The notes: generated by a model from the letters alone, not told the origin. A stretch of DNA of 64,000 nucleotides from Eledone cirrhosa (GCA_964016885.1 OZ024745.1:128836001-128900000), one strand, 5' to 3'. Positions 26,471-39,779 are shown, numbered from the stretch's first letter. A program made the numbers and translations.

Positions 26471-26900
26471 CGGTGGATTGGCAGTATCGGTAGAGGGTCG
26501 GACGCCATGCTTTCCAGCATAGTTACGTCCCTTTACGATCTGAGTTCAAATCCCGCCGAGGTTGACTTTGCCTTTCATCCTTACGGGGTCGATAAAATAA
26601 AGTACCAGTAATGTACTGCGTAATTGCTGGCCTTGTGCCTAAAGTAGAAACAATTATCAGCAAAGTTGTTGCCATGCCAATTCATTATGGTTATCATTAT
26701 TATCACCATATTAGGGCGGTGGATTGGCAGTATTGGTAGAGGGTCGGACACCATGCTTTCTAGCATACAGTTACGGCCCTTGCCATTCTGAGTTCAAATC
26801 CTGTCGAGGTTAACCTTGCCTTTCATCCTTATGGGGTCGATAAAATAAAGTACCAGTAATGTACTGGGTAATTGCTGGCCTTGTGCCTAAAGTAGAAACA
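26471..26900 (+). mobile_element. Two tandem SINE family A copies (26471-26657 and 26714-26900)
   Basis: Two complete head-to-tail units; the first is flanked by the direct repeat ATTATCAGCAAAGTT (probable TSD). Confidence 0.92.
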
Positions 26901-26992
26901 GGCTGTACAGGCTTTGTTCACTTATTTTCGTCTTCTATATCATTTTTTTGCTCTTGTTTTAATTTAATCTTTACTGATTAACACACACACAT

Positions 26993-27037
<45 letters not shown>

Positions 27038-27094
27038 TTTCTGTGTGTGTGCCCATGAGTGTATATGTATGTATGTGTGTGTGTGTGCCCATGA

Positions 27095-27129
<35 letters not shown>

Positions 27130-27157
27130 GTGTTTATGTGTATATATATACATACAG

Positions 27158-27191
<34 letters not shown>

Positions 27192-27204
27192 GCACGCACA
27201 CACA

Positions 27205-27263
<59 letters not shown>

Positions 27264-27281
27264 ACACACACACACACATAT

Positions 27282-27482
27282 ATAGGAACCAGTAAGACCC
27301 CGACAGCTGAGCTCAAGCCGTTTCGACGGCTAATTCTGGACTAATTCCAGAATTAGCCGTCGAAACGGCTTGAGCTCAGCTGTCGGGGTCTTACTGGTTC
27401 CTATTACCCACTCTACTACCTCAAGTATTGAGTACTTTGGTGCGTTATGGTCCACCTGGTTCCTTACCACATTTCCTTCGTT
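27282..27482 (+). mobile_element. TA-associated fold-back element with hammerhead 3' half (Penelope-like / retrozyme-like remnant)
   Basis: Perfect 59-bp inverted arms (27282-27340 and 27346-27404, loop CTAAT); GAAA-stem III-GTC at 27362-27384; tail shared with 9881-9972; ends in (TA)n. Family assignment is inference. Confidence 0.7.
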
Positions 27483-28467
27483 ATATATATATATATATAT
27501 ATATATCTGTGTGTATAATGAAATCAAGCCAGTCAATCTAAAAATGTTTCATTGATGTTCAAATTTTAGTAAGATAAGTTTTTTGTTATTGTTTAATATT
27601 TTTCTCATGGTTGTTGTTGTTGTTGTTGTTGTTTCAATTTTTCACTTCCTTCCCTTTTAGCAGGAAATTAAGACTTGTTGCTATGACAATTTTCCTCTTT
27701 GGAAATATGTTTTTTTTTCTCCAGAGTTTCTTTATTTAAATGCCTTTGCTATCTATCTATCTATCAGCCTGTCTGACTCTCTATCTATCTCTTTCCCTTT
27801 TCTCTCACTCTCTCTGACACACTTGCTATCTTTATTCTTTATCCTTTTCTTCTCTCTCCCTCTTTTTCTCCCTAGATTACTCCCCCCCCCCCCCTCTATC
27901 ACACTCTCCCTCTCCTCTCTCTCTCTCCCTCTCCTCTCGCCTCTCTCTCTCTCCCTCTCCTCTCTCCTCTCTCTCTCCTCTCTCTCTCCTCTCTCCTCTC
28001 TCTCTCTCTCTCCACGTTCTTCAATTTTGCACATACTCAGTCATGATGGTGAAAATGATTACTCCCTTATTTAACACAAGCTGTTCATGATTCCACCACC
28101 ACCACCAGTACCCACCACCACCAGTACTACCCACCACCACCAGTACAACCCACCACCACCAGTACTACCCACCACCAGTACTACCCACCACCAGTACTAC
28201 CCACCACCACCACCTCCACCAATACTACTATCAATATATGAGGGTCTGTTGAATGATTGATCAGCAGTAAATAAACCTGTTTTGTTGTTTTTCTAATTTG
28301 CTTAATCAACTTGGATCTCTGTGTTGTAATGGTGGAGTGGAGTTATTGAGTTAATGGTGGAGTGGAGTTATTGAGTTAATGGTGGAGTGGAGTGGAGTTA
28401 TTGAGTTGGACAATGATGAAAGGAATGTGGAGCAACATTGATAACTTGTTTTAAGATACTTAACTTA

Positions 28468-28878
28468 ATAATTGTTTCTACTTTTGGCACAAGGCCAGCA
28501 ATTACCCAGTACATTACTGGTACTTTATTGTATCGACCCCGTAAGGATGAAAGGCAAAGTAAACCTCGGCGGGATTTGAACTCAGACCGTAAAGGGACGT
28601 AACTGTGCTGCAAAGCATGGCGTCCGACCCTCTACCGATTCTGCCAATCCAAACTATATAATAGTGGATTGGCAGTATCGGTAGCGGGTCGGATGCCATG
28701 CTTTGCAGCATAGAGTTATGGCCTTTTACGTTCTGAGTTCAAATTCCGCCAAGGTTAGCTTTGTCTTTCGTCCTTATGGGGTCGATAAAATAAAGTACCA
28801 GTAATGCATTGGGGTTAATCTAATTGAATTTCTCCTCCTCTAAAATAGTTGGCCTTGTGACTAAATCAGAAACTTTTA
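28468..28878. mobile_element. Head-to-head inverted pair of SINE family A (28468-28651 minus, 28664-28878 plus)
   Basis: ...CTGCCAATCCA-aactatataatag-TGGATTGGCAG... Confidence 0.92.
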
Positions 28879-29399
28879 TTATCATCATCATAAGCATTGA
28901 ACATGTTTAGCTTTCTGTTAAGTATTCTCATCCAACCCCATACAGATCCTATCTCACACTCAAATACAAACCCCTTTCACAAATCTGTTTCTCTCAAACA
29001 TATGTAAACATTTCTTCCTCACACACTCTTTTCTCTTATCTCTTTCTTCTCTTTACATACATAAGCTAGGTTTTTGCCTCTTCCATATACAAGTGTTCAC
29101 ACACAAACAGAACACATTCTTTCTTACCTTACCTTACCTCAAGACAAATTACCTGTCCAACCAACCATCCCCTCACAGCCCTTCACTACCAGATATGTTA
29201 TGGTTGGATGGTTATGAGGTTGGGTTATTGACCTTGGAGTTCATTGTTTTGAACCCTTTGCCTGTCAGGGATTTCAGTATAGTGCTGTGTAGATTTTAGT
29301 TTAAGCTTGCTAGAAATAGACACCTCCTCTTTCTTTCCCCCCCCCCCCCCCCTCATTTCATGGCCTTACTAACATACATGCATATACATATACAAACAC

Positions 29400-29479
<80 letters not shown>

Positions 29480-29829
29480 TTCCTCTCTCGCTCTCCCCTC
29501 TTTCGCCCCCCCCCCCTCTGCATCTCAGGTGATCAACATTTTTCTTTTTAACCTTTTTATTTTAAATATTTCTCCATTAGTGAATGAAATGCTCAATTAA
29601 TTTTAAATGGTAGGGACTCCCTCATACATATGTACACACTCATGTATATATCCTTTTACTGGTTTCAGTCATTGGGCAGTGGCCATCCTGGGGCATTGCC
29701 TTCGGGGTTTTTTTCTCTTTTAGTCAGATCATATTATGGTCACTTCTTTATCTTTTTCATTCTAAATTCTATAAAACATTTTGATTCAACATCAGTCTTG
29801 TTACACACATGCAGATGTATGCATAGGGA

Positions 29830-29969
29830 TTATATGTATATATATATATGTGTATATATATATATATATGTATATGTATATATATATATGTGTATATATA
29901 TATGTATGTATATATATGTATATATATATATGTATGTATATATATATGTATATGTATATCTATATATAT

Positions 29970-30047
<78 letters not shown>

Positions 30048-30086
30048 GTATATATATATATGTATATGTATATATATGTATATATG

Positions 30087-30133
<47 letters not shown>

Positions 30134-30427
30134 GTATATATATATATGTATATATATATATGTATATATATATATATGTATATATTATATGTATATGTAT
30201 ATATATGTATATATATATGTATATATATATGTATATATATATGTATATGTATGTATATATGTATGTATATATGTATGTATATATGTATGTATATATGTAT
30301 ATATATATATATGTATGTATATGTATATATATATGTATGTATATATATATATGTATGTATATATATATGTATATATATATATATATGTATATATATATGT
30401 ATGTATATATGTATGTATATATATATG
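29830..30427. repeat. (TA)n/(TATG)n microsatellite running into the assembly gap
   Basis: Direct reading. Confidence 0.95.
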
Positions 30428-30627
30428 NNNNNNNNNNNNNNNNNNNNNNNNNNNNNNNNNNNNNNNNNNNNNNNNNNNNNNNNNNNNNNNNNNNNNNNNN
30501 NNNNNNNNNNNNNNNNNNNNNNNNNNNNNNNNNNNNNNNNNNNNNNNNNNNNNNNNNNNNNNNNNNNNNNNNNNNNNNNNNNNNNNNNNNNNNNNNNNNN
30601 NNNNNNNNNNNNNNNNNNNNNNNNNNN
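30428..30627. other. Assembly gap (200 N)
   Basis: Run of exactly 200 N, probably a fixed-size scaffolding gap. Confidence 0.99.
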
Positions 30628-30791
30628 ATTTGATCTCTGAGCTACGCACTCTATCGAGTAACGCTACTCCAAAGACCCTTTGGAGGAACCCCATTTCAGA
30701 CCCTTGTATTTACGATCATATTCTTTTGGTCATTAAGTTCTTTCATGCTTGCAGTTATGTAAAATTATGAAGCTTGAAATTATATATATGT

Positions 30792-31156
30792 GAAGGCGCA
30801 TGGCTTAGTGGTTAGAACATTGGGCTTGCAATTGAAAGGTTGTGAGTTCAATTCTCAGAACGGGTGATGTGTTGTTTCCTTGAGCAAGACACTTTATTTC
30901 ACATTGCTCCAGTTTACTCAGCTGTAGAAATGAAATGATAGGATTGGGTCCCTATCATTCCACTGCAAAGTGGTCGTGGAGGTGCCGCGGCAAAAAAGCA
31001 CCCAGCACTCACTGTAAATGAGGTGGTGTTAGGAAGGGCATCCAGCTGTAGAAATCAAGCCAGAATCAGTTCCCGTATGAGCAAGACAAGGTCAGCCGAC
31101 TGGACACTGCTCACAACAGGGCTAGCATGGAAGAACGGACGTAAAACGGTGATGAT
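30792..31156 (+). mobile_element. CORE-like SINE family B, full length
   Basis: Collinear with 17681-18030, with a longer 3' segment. Confidence 0.9.
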
Positions 31157-31717
31157 AAAGAAAACTACAATTTCAAGCTTCTTAATTAATTATTTACTGG
31201 CAATAAACATAATATCCTCTAATATTAATTTGTGGGTAAAACATATTAAGGGAGTTGAAGCATGTGTATAAAGTTCATTCATGTCTTGCAGTTGTGTAAA
31301 CCTTTGATGTTTACTGTATATTGGTTGGTGGGTTGTAAATTTTGCCACTCCTTCTTTTTCTGTGTGGAGAGACAGCTTCTGAACCTTGTAGATTAGGGGT
31401 ACACATGTATAATTTCTGAGGTGGGTGGAGGGATCTATTGATTCATGATATTAGAGCATTCTGTCTGTATCTAACTGGTGGAGTCATAGGCTCTAATTCT
31501 TTTTATTGGTTCATTAGAATGCTGAGGCACCATTTTAAATATTACTATTACTGTTTGTTTTTTTTTTTTTTTTTTTTTTTTTGTTAGGTAGTGTGGGGGT
31601 AAAAAAAAAAATTAGAATAAAAGGTTTTCATTAGCACTACCAAACTTTTTATGACATGGTCACTAGATTGGGCTACTTTGAATACTGCATACAATTATTA
31701 TTATGCTATGCTATGGA

Positions 31718-32190
31718 AGGGCGGTAGAGCGCTGGACTCCATGCTTTGCAGCATAGAGTTACGGTCTGAGTTCAGATCCCGCCGAGGTTGACTTTGCCTT
31801 TCATCCTTACGGGGTCGATAAAATAAAAGTACCAGTACTGGGGTCGATTTAAATCGACTTTCTCCTCCCCCAAAATTGCTGGCCTTGTGCCTATATAAGA
31901 AACCCGAGGTTTACTTTACCTTTCATCCTTACGGGGTCGATAAAATAAAGTACCAGTAATGCACTGGATAATTGCTGGCCTTGTGCCTAAAGTCGAAACA
32001 ATTATTACTATGCTATGCGGCATAGAGTTATGGTGCTTTACGTTCTGAGTTCAAATCCCACTGAGGTTAGCTTTGCCTTTCATCCTTATGGGGTCGATTA
32101 AATAAAATATCAGTAATGCACTGGGGAGTCAATTTAATCGACTTTCCCTCACCCCAAAATTGGCTTTGTGCCTAAATCAGAAACCATTAT
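31718..32190 (+). mobile_element. Three tandem SINE family A units or fragments
   Basis: CTTTCATCCTTAYGGGGTCGAT recurs near 31797, 31920 and 32077. Confidence 0.9.
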
Positions 32191-32841
32191 CATTTTTTTT
32201 ATAATGAACGAATGAATATTTTGTTTGAAAGAGCTGAATGGATGACACAGGTCAGCCCAATTAGTAAAGACATCTCTTTCCCCCTACATAGGCCCCCCTT
32301 CATGGCATAATTGTTATCAGTCTGGCAACATTTTTATGTGGATTTTGCTTCATCAACTTTCTCAGCTTTTTTTCTTTAGTCTTTTATATTTGTCTGCCTC
32401 CTCCTCTTCCTCATTCCACTATCACAGCAGATACTAACTACACCCCCCCCCCCACACACACACACTCAGTGCAGTTTCCATAATCAGTTGTGGTCCACTG
32501 GGCATTGGAAGTGGGCAGAGGGGTTCAATCTCTAGACAGAAGTTGAACACTGATGCTCCAGCGACTCTGTCTCTATATATGTCTGTCATTGTCCAATGCA
32601 TTTGTGAGTGTATTTATATTGTGCTTCCATTACTATGGATGTGATTATCTGTATATATCTGTGTGTGTATATATATATATATACACACACACACGTGTAT
32701 ATATGTACATATCTATACATGTGTTTATATATGTACATGTGTATATCTATATATATATGTATGTGTATATCTATATATATATGTATGTGTATATCTATAT
32801 ATATATGTATGTGTATATCTGTGTATATATGGATGTGTACA

Positions 32842-32884
<43 letters not shown>

Positions 32885-32912
32885 ACATCTCACATCTCTA
32901 TATGTATGTATG

Positions 32913-32968
<56 letters not shown>

Positions 32969-33034
32969 TATATGTACATGTGTATATCTCTATGTATATG
33001 TATGTGTATATCTGTGTATATATGGATGTGTACA

Positions 33035-33071
<37 letters not shown>

Positions 33072-33463
33072 ATGTGTGTGTACATCTCTATATGTATGTA
33101 TGTGTATATATATATATGTGTGTGTGTATATATATATATATGTATATATCTGTATATCTACATCTGTGGTGGTCCTATGATACATTTACAAGTGTATCAG
33201 TATGTGTAGTTGTGATGGTGGTGGTGATGATGTTCATTGTTGTTATTGTTTTTAATAGCTGCACAACAGTGCACCTATTTATTTGTAATGCACTTCTTTG
33301 TACTGACAGATGCATATGTGCATCTCATAATTATATATTAGTTTGACAGTGTTCTCTCTCTCTCCCTCTTCACACTCACATACACACTCACTCACACACA
33401 CATACACACACACACATTGTTGTGCGCTATCACTGTTCATGAGTCAACATGTAAAAGTGTCAC

Positions 33464-33496
<33 letters not shown>

Positions 33497-33612
33497 TACA
33501 TATATATAAATGTGTGTGTGGACATATATATATATATACACAAATATATATATATATATACATGTGTGTGTGTGTATATATATATACACATACATATATA
33601 TAGATATATAAA

Positions 33613-33643
<31 letters not shown>

Positions 33644-33647
33644 GTAT

Positions 33648-33680
<33 letters not shown>

Positions 33681-33890
33681 TTTTCAATGTGTACACATAT
33701 GTGTTTGTACAGCTCCTACATTAAGTTCAGTAAATACATGGTAATTAATTCTCATTTCTAAATCATAATTTGCAACTGGTTCTAAATTTAATTATGCATT
33801 CTCTTCTTTTTTTCTCTCCTATCTCTCATTTTCTCGCTCTTCTTGAATATATCTACTGTATATTTGTGTTTTTGTGGTATTTTATATCTT

Positions 33891-33929
<39 letters not shown>

Positions 33930-34059
33930 ACATGTGTCTACAATTGTCCACTGTCCACTGCCCACTTTTATCTGGAGCCTGCTGTCTTTTGTCAGCTTAT
34001 TCAAGTGTATGAAATAGCTAAGTTGGTTGCCTATCTTGGTATTGAGCTGCCACCAACTA

Positions 34060-34345
34060 GCTCCTAAATCTCGAGTTCAATCTCAGTTCAAGTGTTTCAT
34101 GATGTATTTGAACTTCTGTTTCAACCTAATCAGTTTGGAAATTGGTGCTATCATGTCATCACTGGACAGATTTTCCGGGCAAAACCAGCTGGTGGGAGAC
34201 CCAAAGGTGAAACTCTAGTAAGACGGTTGGATAACATGCATATTCTTGGCTGGTCTTACTTGAAGATGGTTGCTTCTGACAGGACCCACTGGAAGGAGTG
34301 TTTGAGTACTCTGCCTCTTTATTCAGGAAGAAGAGGACACAAAAG
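34060..34345 (+). pseudogene. Decayed RTE-clade LINE ORF C-terminus
   Basis: ORF 34092-34358 reads ..QFGNWCYHVI..IFRAKPAGGRPKG..RRLDNM..LGWSYLKMVASDRTHWKECLSTLP, matching the RTE pattern QLRWxGHV..GxRPxGRP..RWxD..AxDRxxW. Confidence 0.8.
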
Positions 34346-34354
34346 AAATCTTGT

Positions 34355-34559
34355 TTAACCCTTTACCATTCATATTACTCTATATATACTATTGTATTTT
34401 AATGGTAAAAGCTTTATCTCACATAATATCGAATCTATGAGATTTTGAAAGTATTTATTTTGAGTACAATACCTTAACATCAGTTTGAGTGGCCAGTTAC
34501 AACAGAAAAAGGTAAAGAATTCTGACCGGTTTTGGCCAGTTTGAACATTAAAGGGTTAA
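34355..34559 (+). mobile_element. piggyBac-like TTAA MITE, family P1
   Basis: TTAA-CCCTTTA ... TAAAGGG-TTAA. Confidence 0.85.
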
Positions 34560-34640
34560 AGACATGAAACTGTAGTTAAGCTTCTTGCAAGGCCTCGTGT
34601 TGTTGAAAGAAATGGTTCTTATAAATGTGAGTGAAAAACA

Positions 34641-34853
34641 TACCAGAGGGTGCTGAAAAGTTGTTGGTTTGATTTCTGTTACAGAAGCTTGGTTGGAGGC
34701 CCAACTTGCTGAGTTCTTTTTACAGGGCTTAGAAGGACCGCTACAATAAGTGGGTGAATCTGAGAGAGAAATATGTTGAATGAAATCATCATTAACTGAT
34801 CCTCCTGTATTTTCTTTTATCCATAGCCAGGAACTTTTTAGCACCTCCTTGTA
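34641..34853. mobile_element. mariner-like MITE
   Basis: TA-CCAGAGGGTGCTGAAAAGTT ... GGAACTTTTTAGCACCTCCTTG-TA; homologous to 58070-58292. Confidence 0.75.
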
Positions 34854-34932
34854 CACTGGTATATTTTATAAAAGCTGCAAATATTATCTGATGCAGATAT
34901 CTAACTGTAGAGTAAAGTGAAATGATGTATAT

Positions 34933-34977
<45 letters not shown>

Positions 34978-35032
34978 GTGTGTGTCGCAGTTGCACATGC
35001 TTCTTCTATTGGCTGATCTCAACTAACTGAAA

Positions 35033-35065
<33 letters not shown>

Positions 35066-36469
35066 TACTACCACACTGTATCTACTACCACCACTACCCT
35101 GGGCCTTCTCCCCCCCCCCCCCCCACTATCAAATGTGATGAATGAGCTTCAACAATCTGTGTGCAGTACAGTCACATTACTACTACATTTTAACTGCAGC
35201 TTGTATGCACATTTTGTAGTGCCGTGTGTGCATATTTTGTAGTGCAGTGAAGTAACATGTCTGAAATTAAACATGTGCATCTAGCAATTTCTTCCACTGC
35301 AGTTGCAAGCACTGACTGCATACATTGCTACAAGTGTGGGAAGGAGGAGAGAGTGATGATGATGATGTTATGGGGGTTGTGGTGATGGTGGTGGGGAAGG
35401 GAAATGATGATGTAATAGTGGTGGTTGTTGTGTATGAAAGGGTTAAAAATGGTGAGAGGTGAAGGCTGTAGTTGAGGGTGAATCTGTGGTAAAGGTTGGA
35501 GGAGAAAGTTGAATGAATTTCTTTGGAGACTCTTAAAAATGTGACAGCTCAGCAAATAAGGGAAGGAGATGCTGAATCAGTATCCTCAATGCATTAGATA
35601 GAATAATGTGACCTATTCTTGGGTCTTGAATAATCATCTCATCCCCGCCATCACTTATTAATTTTTCAGACACCCTCTGATTCTTATTCAGCCCCCCCAC
35701 CCACCCCACCCCCTGCTCATAATTTTGCTACTCTATCTCCAGCGATTCCTGTGACTATTAATTGCATATGTGTTTCCAATTAATTTTGAAAATAGTCAAA
35801 GATTTTGAGGAATCTAATGAAATAAGTAATTTTTTTTTTATTAGTAAGCTAATATTTAAATCATTAAAACACTTTTAGAAACATTTCTAAAGTAAAATTA
35901 TGGTGAATGGTTTTATCATAATATAGGGATACACATTTCAAAAGGAGCAGTTTTGTATCATAAATTAAGGCTGGTTTCAGGTTGTTTGCTGTCAAAATAG
36001 TTTCAGGTTTCTACTTACCTACAGATTCATAACATGAAGTGAGATATATATCTCCCCACTCTTTATTATTCCCAAATAACAGGTGACATTATTGTTACGG
36101 ACATCATCATCATCATCATCATCGTTTAACACCTATTTTCCACGCTAGCATGGATTCTGGATTAGACAGGTTGTCCCATTCAAGGCAGGTCAGGTGACCG
36201 TGTCTTGCCCATACGGAACTGTTTCTGGCTTTGTTTCTACAGCCGGATGCCCTTCCTAATGCCAATGACACAAATTTTGGAGGAGGGTTTATATAAATAT
36301 TTATTTTATTGACACCTCGGTGGGTGAAAGGCAAAGTCACCCCAGTGAGATATGAGTATCAACACTGTAAAAGGGTGCAATTAAATACTACAAAGCAGTT
36401 TATTTATTGCTTTATCAATTCCATCCTATACAACTACTGCTACTGCTATTGCTGGTGATGATAATAATA

Positions 36470-36662
36470 ATAATTGTTTCTACTTTTGTCACAAGGCCAG
36501 CAATTACCCCAGTGTATTACTGGTACTTTGTTTTATCGACCCCGTAAGGATGAAAGGCAAAGTTGACCTCAGCGAGATTTGAACTCAGATCATAAAGGGC
36601 CGTAACTCTATGCTGCAAAGCATGGCGTCTGGCCCTCTACCGATACTACCAATCCACCACCC
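36470..36662 (-). mobile_element. SINE family A, full length
   Basis: Reverse complement of the family A consensus with an (ATT)n tail. Confidence 0.9.
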
Positions 36663-36939
36663 TAATATGATAATAATGATAATAAGGGTTGGAAAGACCC
36701 TAAGTTGTGTCAAAGGCATGACAACCTCTCCTGGGCACTCGATGAAACATGAGACCATACACACACGCACACACACACCTTTTGTTTCTAACTTGCCTAA
36801 AATCCCCTCTGTGTCTATGAAATAAACCACCCATTTTAAAGAGTCTCCCATTTAAATTAAAATCTTCAAATATAATTCTATATAAAAATCATTTTTTGCA
36901 AATACTATCTTAATAATGAACTATATATATATATATATA

Positions 36940-37284
36940 ATCATCATCATCATCATCATCATTTTACGTCCGCTTTTCCCTGCTTGCAAGGGTGGGACGG
37001 GAACTGATTCTGGCTTGTTTTCTACAGCTGGATGCTCTTCCTAACACCAACCTCATTTACAGTGAGTGCTGGGTGCTTTCTTGCCGTGGCACCTCCACGA
37101 CCACTTTGCAGTGGAATGATAGGGAACCCAGTCCCTATCATCTTATTTCTACAGCTGAGTAAACTGGAGCAATGTGAAATAAAGTGTCCTGCTCAAGGAA
37201 ACAACACATTACTCGGTGTGAGAATTGAACTCACAACCTTTCGATTGTAAGGCCAATGCTCTAACCACTAAGCCATGTGCCTCC
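36940..37284 (-). mobile_element. CORE-like SINE family B, full length
   Basis: Reverse complement of 17681-18030. Confidence 0.9.
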
Positions 37285-37356
<72 letters not shown>

Positions 37357-37363
37357 TATATAT

Positions 37364-37447
<84 letters not shown>

Positions 37448-37450
<3 letters not shown>

Positions 37451-37941
37451 GTAGGAGTTGGGTTTTATTGTAGTACAATAAAGCAGTGCAGATATCGGAT
37501 AAGAAGTACTCTACAGTTTGTAGGGCTGGAGCATACATAAGATCAAAAGATGGTTAAAAGAGTTCCATGTGTTTTATTATGCGCATTTTAAAAACAAATA
37601 TCATCATGCAATAACATGTGTTTTCATCAGATAAAATAGGAAAACATGATATGAAGGTTAAAAACACTTGTGGATAGTGCAGTTTTAAATCAACATAATG
37701 TTGATTTAAAACTGCACTATCCACAAGTGTTTTTAACCTTCGTATCATGTCCTCCTATTTTATCTGATGAAAACACATGTTATTGCATGATGATATTTGT
37801 TTTTAAAATGCGCATAATAAAACACATGGAACTCTTTTAACCATCTTTTGATCTTATGTATGCTCCAGCCCTACAAACTGTAGAGTACTTCTTATCCGAT
37901 ATCTGCACTGCTTTATTGTTCTACAATAAAACCGAACTCCT

Positions 37942-37946
<5 letters not shown>
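37448..37946. mobile_element. 499-bp fold-back palindrome embedded in (TA)n, each arm carrying a core-mutated hammerhead-like motif
   Basis: 249-bp arms (37448-37696 and 37698-37946), about 5 mismatches, 1-nt centre; TTTTAT-CTGATGA-stem II-AAAA-TGCGCA-TA-ATAAAA at 37758-37822. Confidence 0.8.
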
Positions 37947-37986
<40 letters not shown>

Positions 37987-38057
37987 AACTTATTGCAGTT
38001 GTTAAAGACAGAAGTTGAAAGAAATCTTGGGTCTGTATTAAAATTTATCTATTTTAT

Positions 38058-38220
38058 TTAACCCTTTAGCATTTACATTACTCTCTATATACTTTTGATG
38101 TTGTTTATTTTGAGAACAATACCTTAACATCAGTATAAGCGATCAATTACGGCCAGTTTGAACTGAAAGAGGTGAGAGAATTCCAGCTGGATATGCCCGG
38201 TCTAAATGCTAAAGAGTTAA
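38058..38220 (+). mobile_element. piggyBac-like TTAA MITE, family P1 (internally deleted)
   Basis: TTAA-CCCTTTAGCATT ... AATGCTAAAGAG-TTAA. Confidence 0.85.
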
Positions 38221-38367
38221 CCTGTCCATTACTGAGTTTATTTACAACATTTATAAAATGAATCTAGTCCATTCATATCATTTCTAGCTGTCAGTTGATG
38301 AGAATTCTGGAAAATCTTAGACCCATCTCATACATATCTCATATCTCATCCGAAACCAGCTTATAAT

Positions 38368-38777
38368 TTAACCCTTTAGCATTCACATTGCTCTCTATAT
38401 ACTATTATATTTTCATGGTAAATGCTTTACCTCACGTAATTACCTCACATAATATTGAATCTATGAAAATTTTGCAAGTATTTATTTTGAGAACAATACC
38501 TTAACATCAGTTTGAGTGACCAGTTACAGCCAGTTTCAACAGAAAGAGGTAGAGAATTGGTCGGTTTGAACATTAACCCTTTAGTATTCAAACCGGCCAG
38601 AATTCTCTACCTCTCTATGTTGAAACTGGCTGTAACTGGTCGCTCAAACTGATGTTAAGGTATTGTTCTCAAAATAAATACTTGCAAAATCTCATAGATT
38701 CAATATTATATGAGGTAAAGCATTTACCATGAAAATATAATAGTATATATAGAGCAACGTGAATGCTAAAGGGTTAA
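38368..38777. mobile_element. Two P1 MITEs in inverted orientation, abutting at TTAA 38573-38576
   Basis: 38368-38572 and 38573-38777 are reverse complements (about 200-bp arms). Confidence 0.85.
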
Positions 38778-39111
38778 TGTTGAAAATATTCAAGAATTTG
38801 GAGGAATTTAGTAAATTAACATGCACACCCACATACGCGCACACACACAGATGCACTCATGGTGTTGTCAAACATGGATTCACTACACTGTGCAGACACA
38901 CAGACACAAAAATTCATCATATATATAATGCATGCTCTGTGCAAACGTACACACAATTTCGCTGTACAATGCAATCTTAAACATGCAGTCACTGTCACCA
39001 TACTGTGCAGATGCACACACACATGCGTGTGTTCATGGGATTTGCAAGACAGACATCTTTCAAACTTCAGACACATCCTATATCTTTCCAGTTACACACA
39101 CACAGACACAG

Positions 39112-39152
<41 letters not shown>

Positions 39153-39748
39153 AACACACACACAGACACACACACAGACACACACTCAACTACACGCCTA
39201 CAATCAGACCACACCTTGGCTATCATCATCTAAATAGGCAGGCAAACCTGTACCCCAGTTGGTGTTAGTGGTGGTGGTGGTGGTGGTGTTGGTACTAGTG
39301 GTGGTGGTGGTGGTGGTAGTGTGGTAATGGTGGTGGTGTTGGTGGTAGTGTTAGTGTTGGTACTCGTGGTGGTGGTGGTGGTGGTAGTGTTGGTGTTGGT
39401 GGTGGTGGTGTTAGTGTGGTGTTGGTGGTAGTGTTAGTGTTAGTGTTGGTGGTGGTAGTGTTGGTGGTCGTAGTGTTGTTGGTGGTGGTTGTTAGCCCCA
39501 AATCAGCTCAAGTTGTGACCATCCACCCTCTTTTTTAAAAGATAGTATGGTGTAATATGAGAGGGATTTGGCTGCCATTTCTAACAGGTCATATGAACAC
39601 TTTTTTTTCCCCTTAGTGGTTTTGGGGTTGTTGGGTGTGGCTCCTGCTGCTGTAATATTGAAGATCTGATGACTTTGATGGTGGTGGAGGTGGTAGTGGA
39701 GCTAGTGGTTGTGGTGGTGGTGGTGGTGGTAGTGGAGCTAGTGGTTGT

Positions 39749-39779
<31 letters not shown>

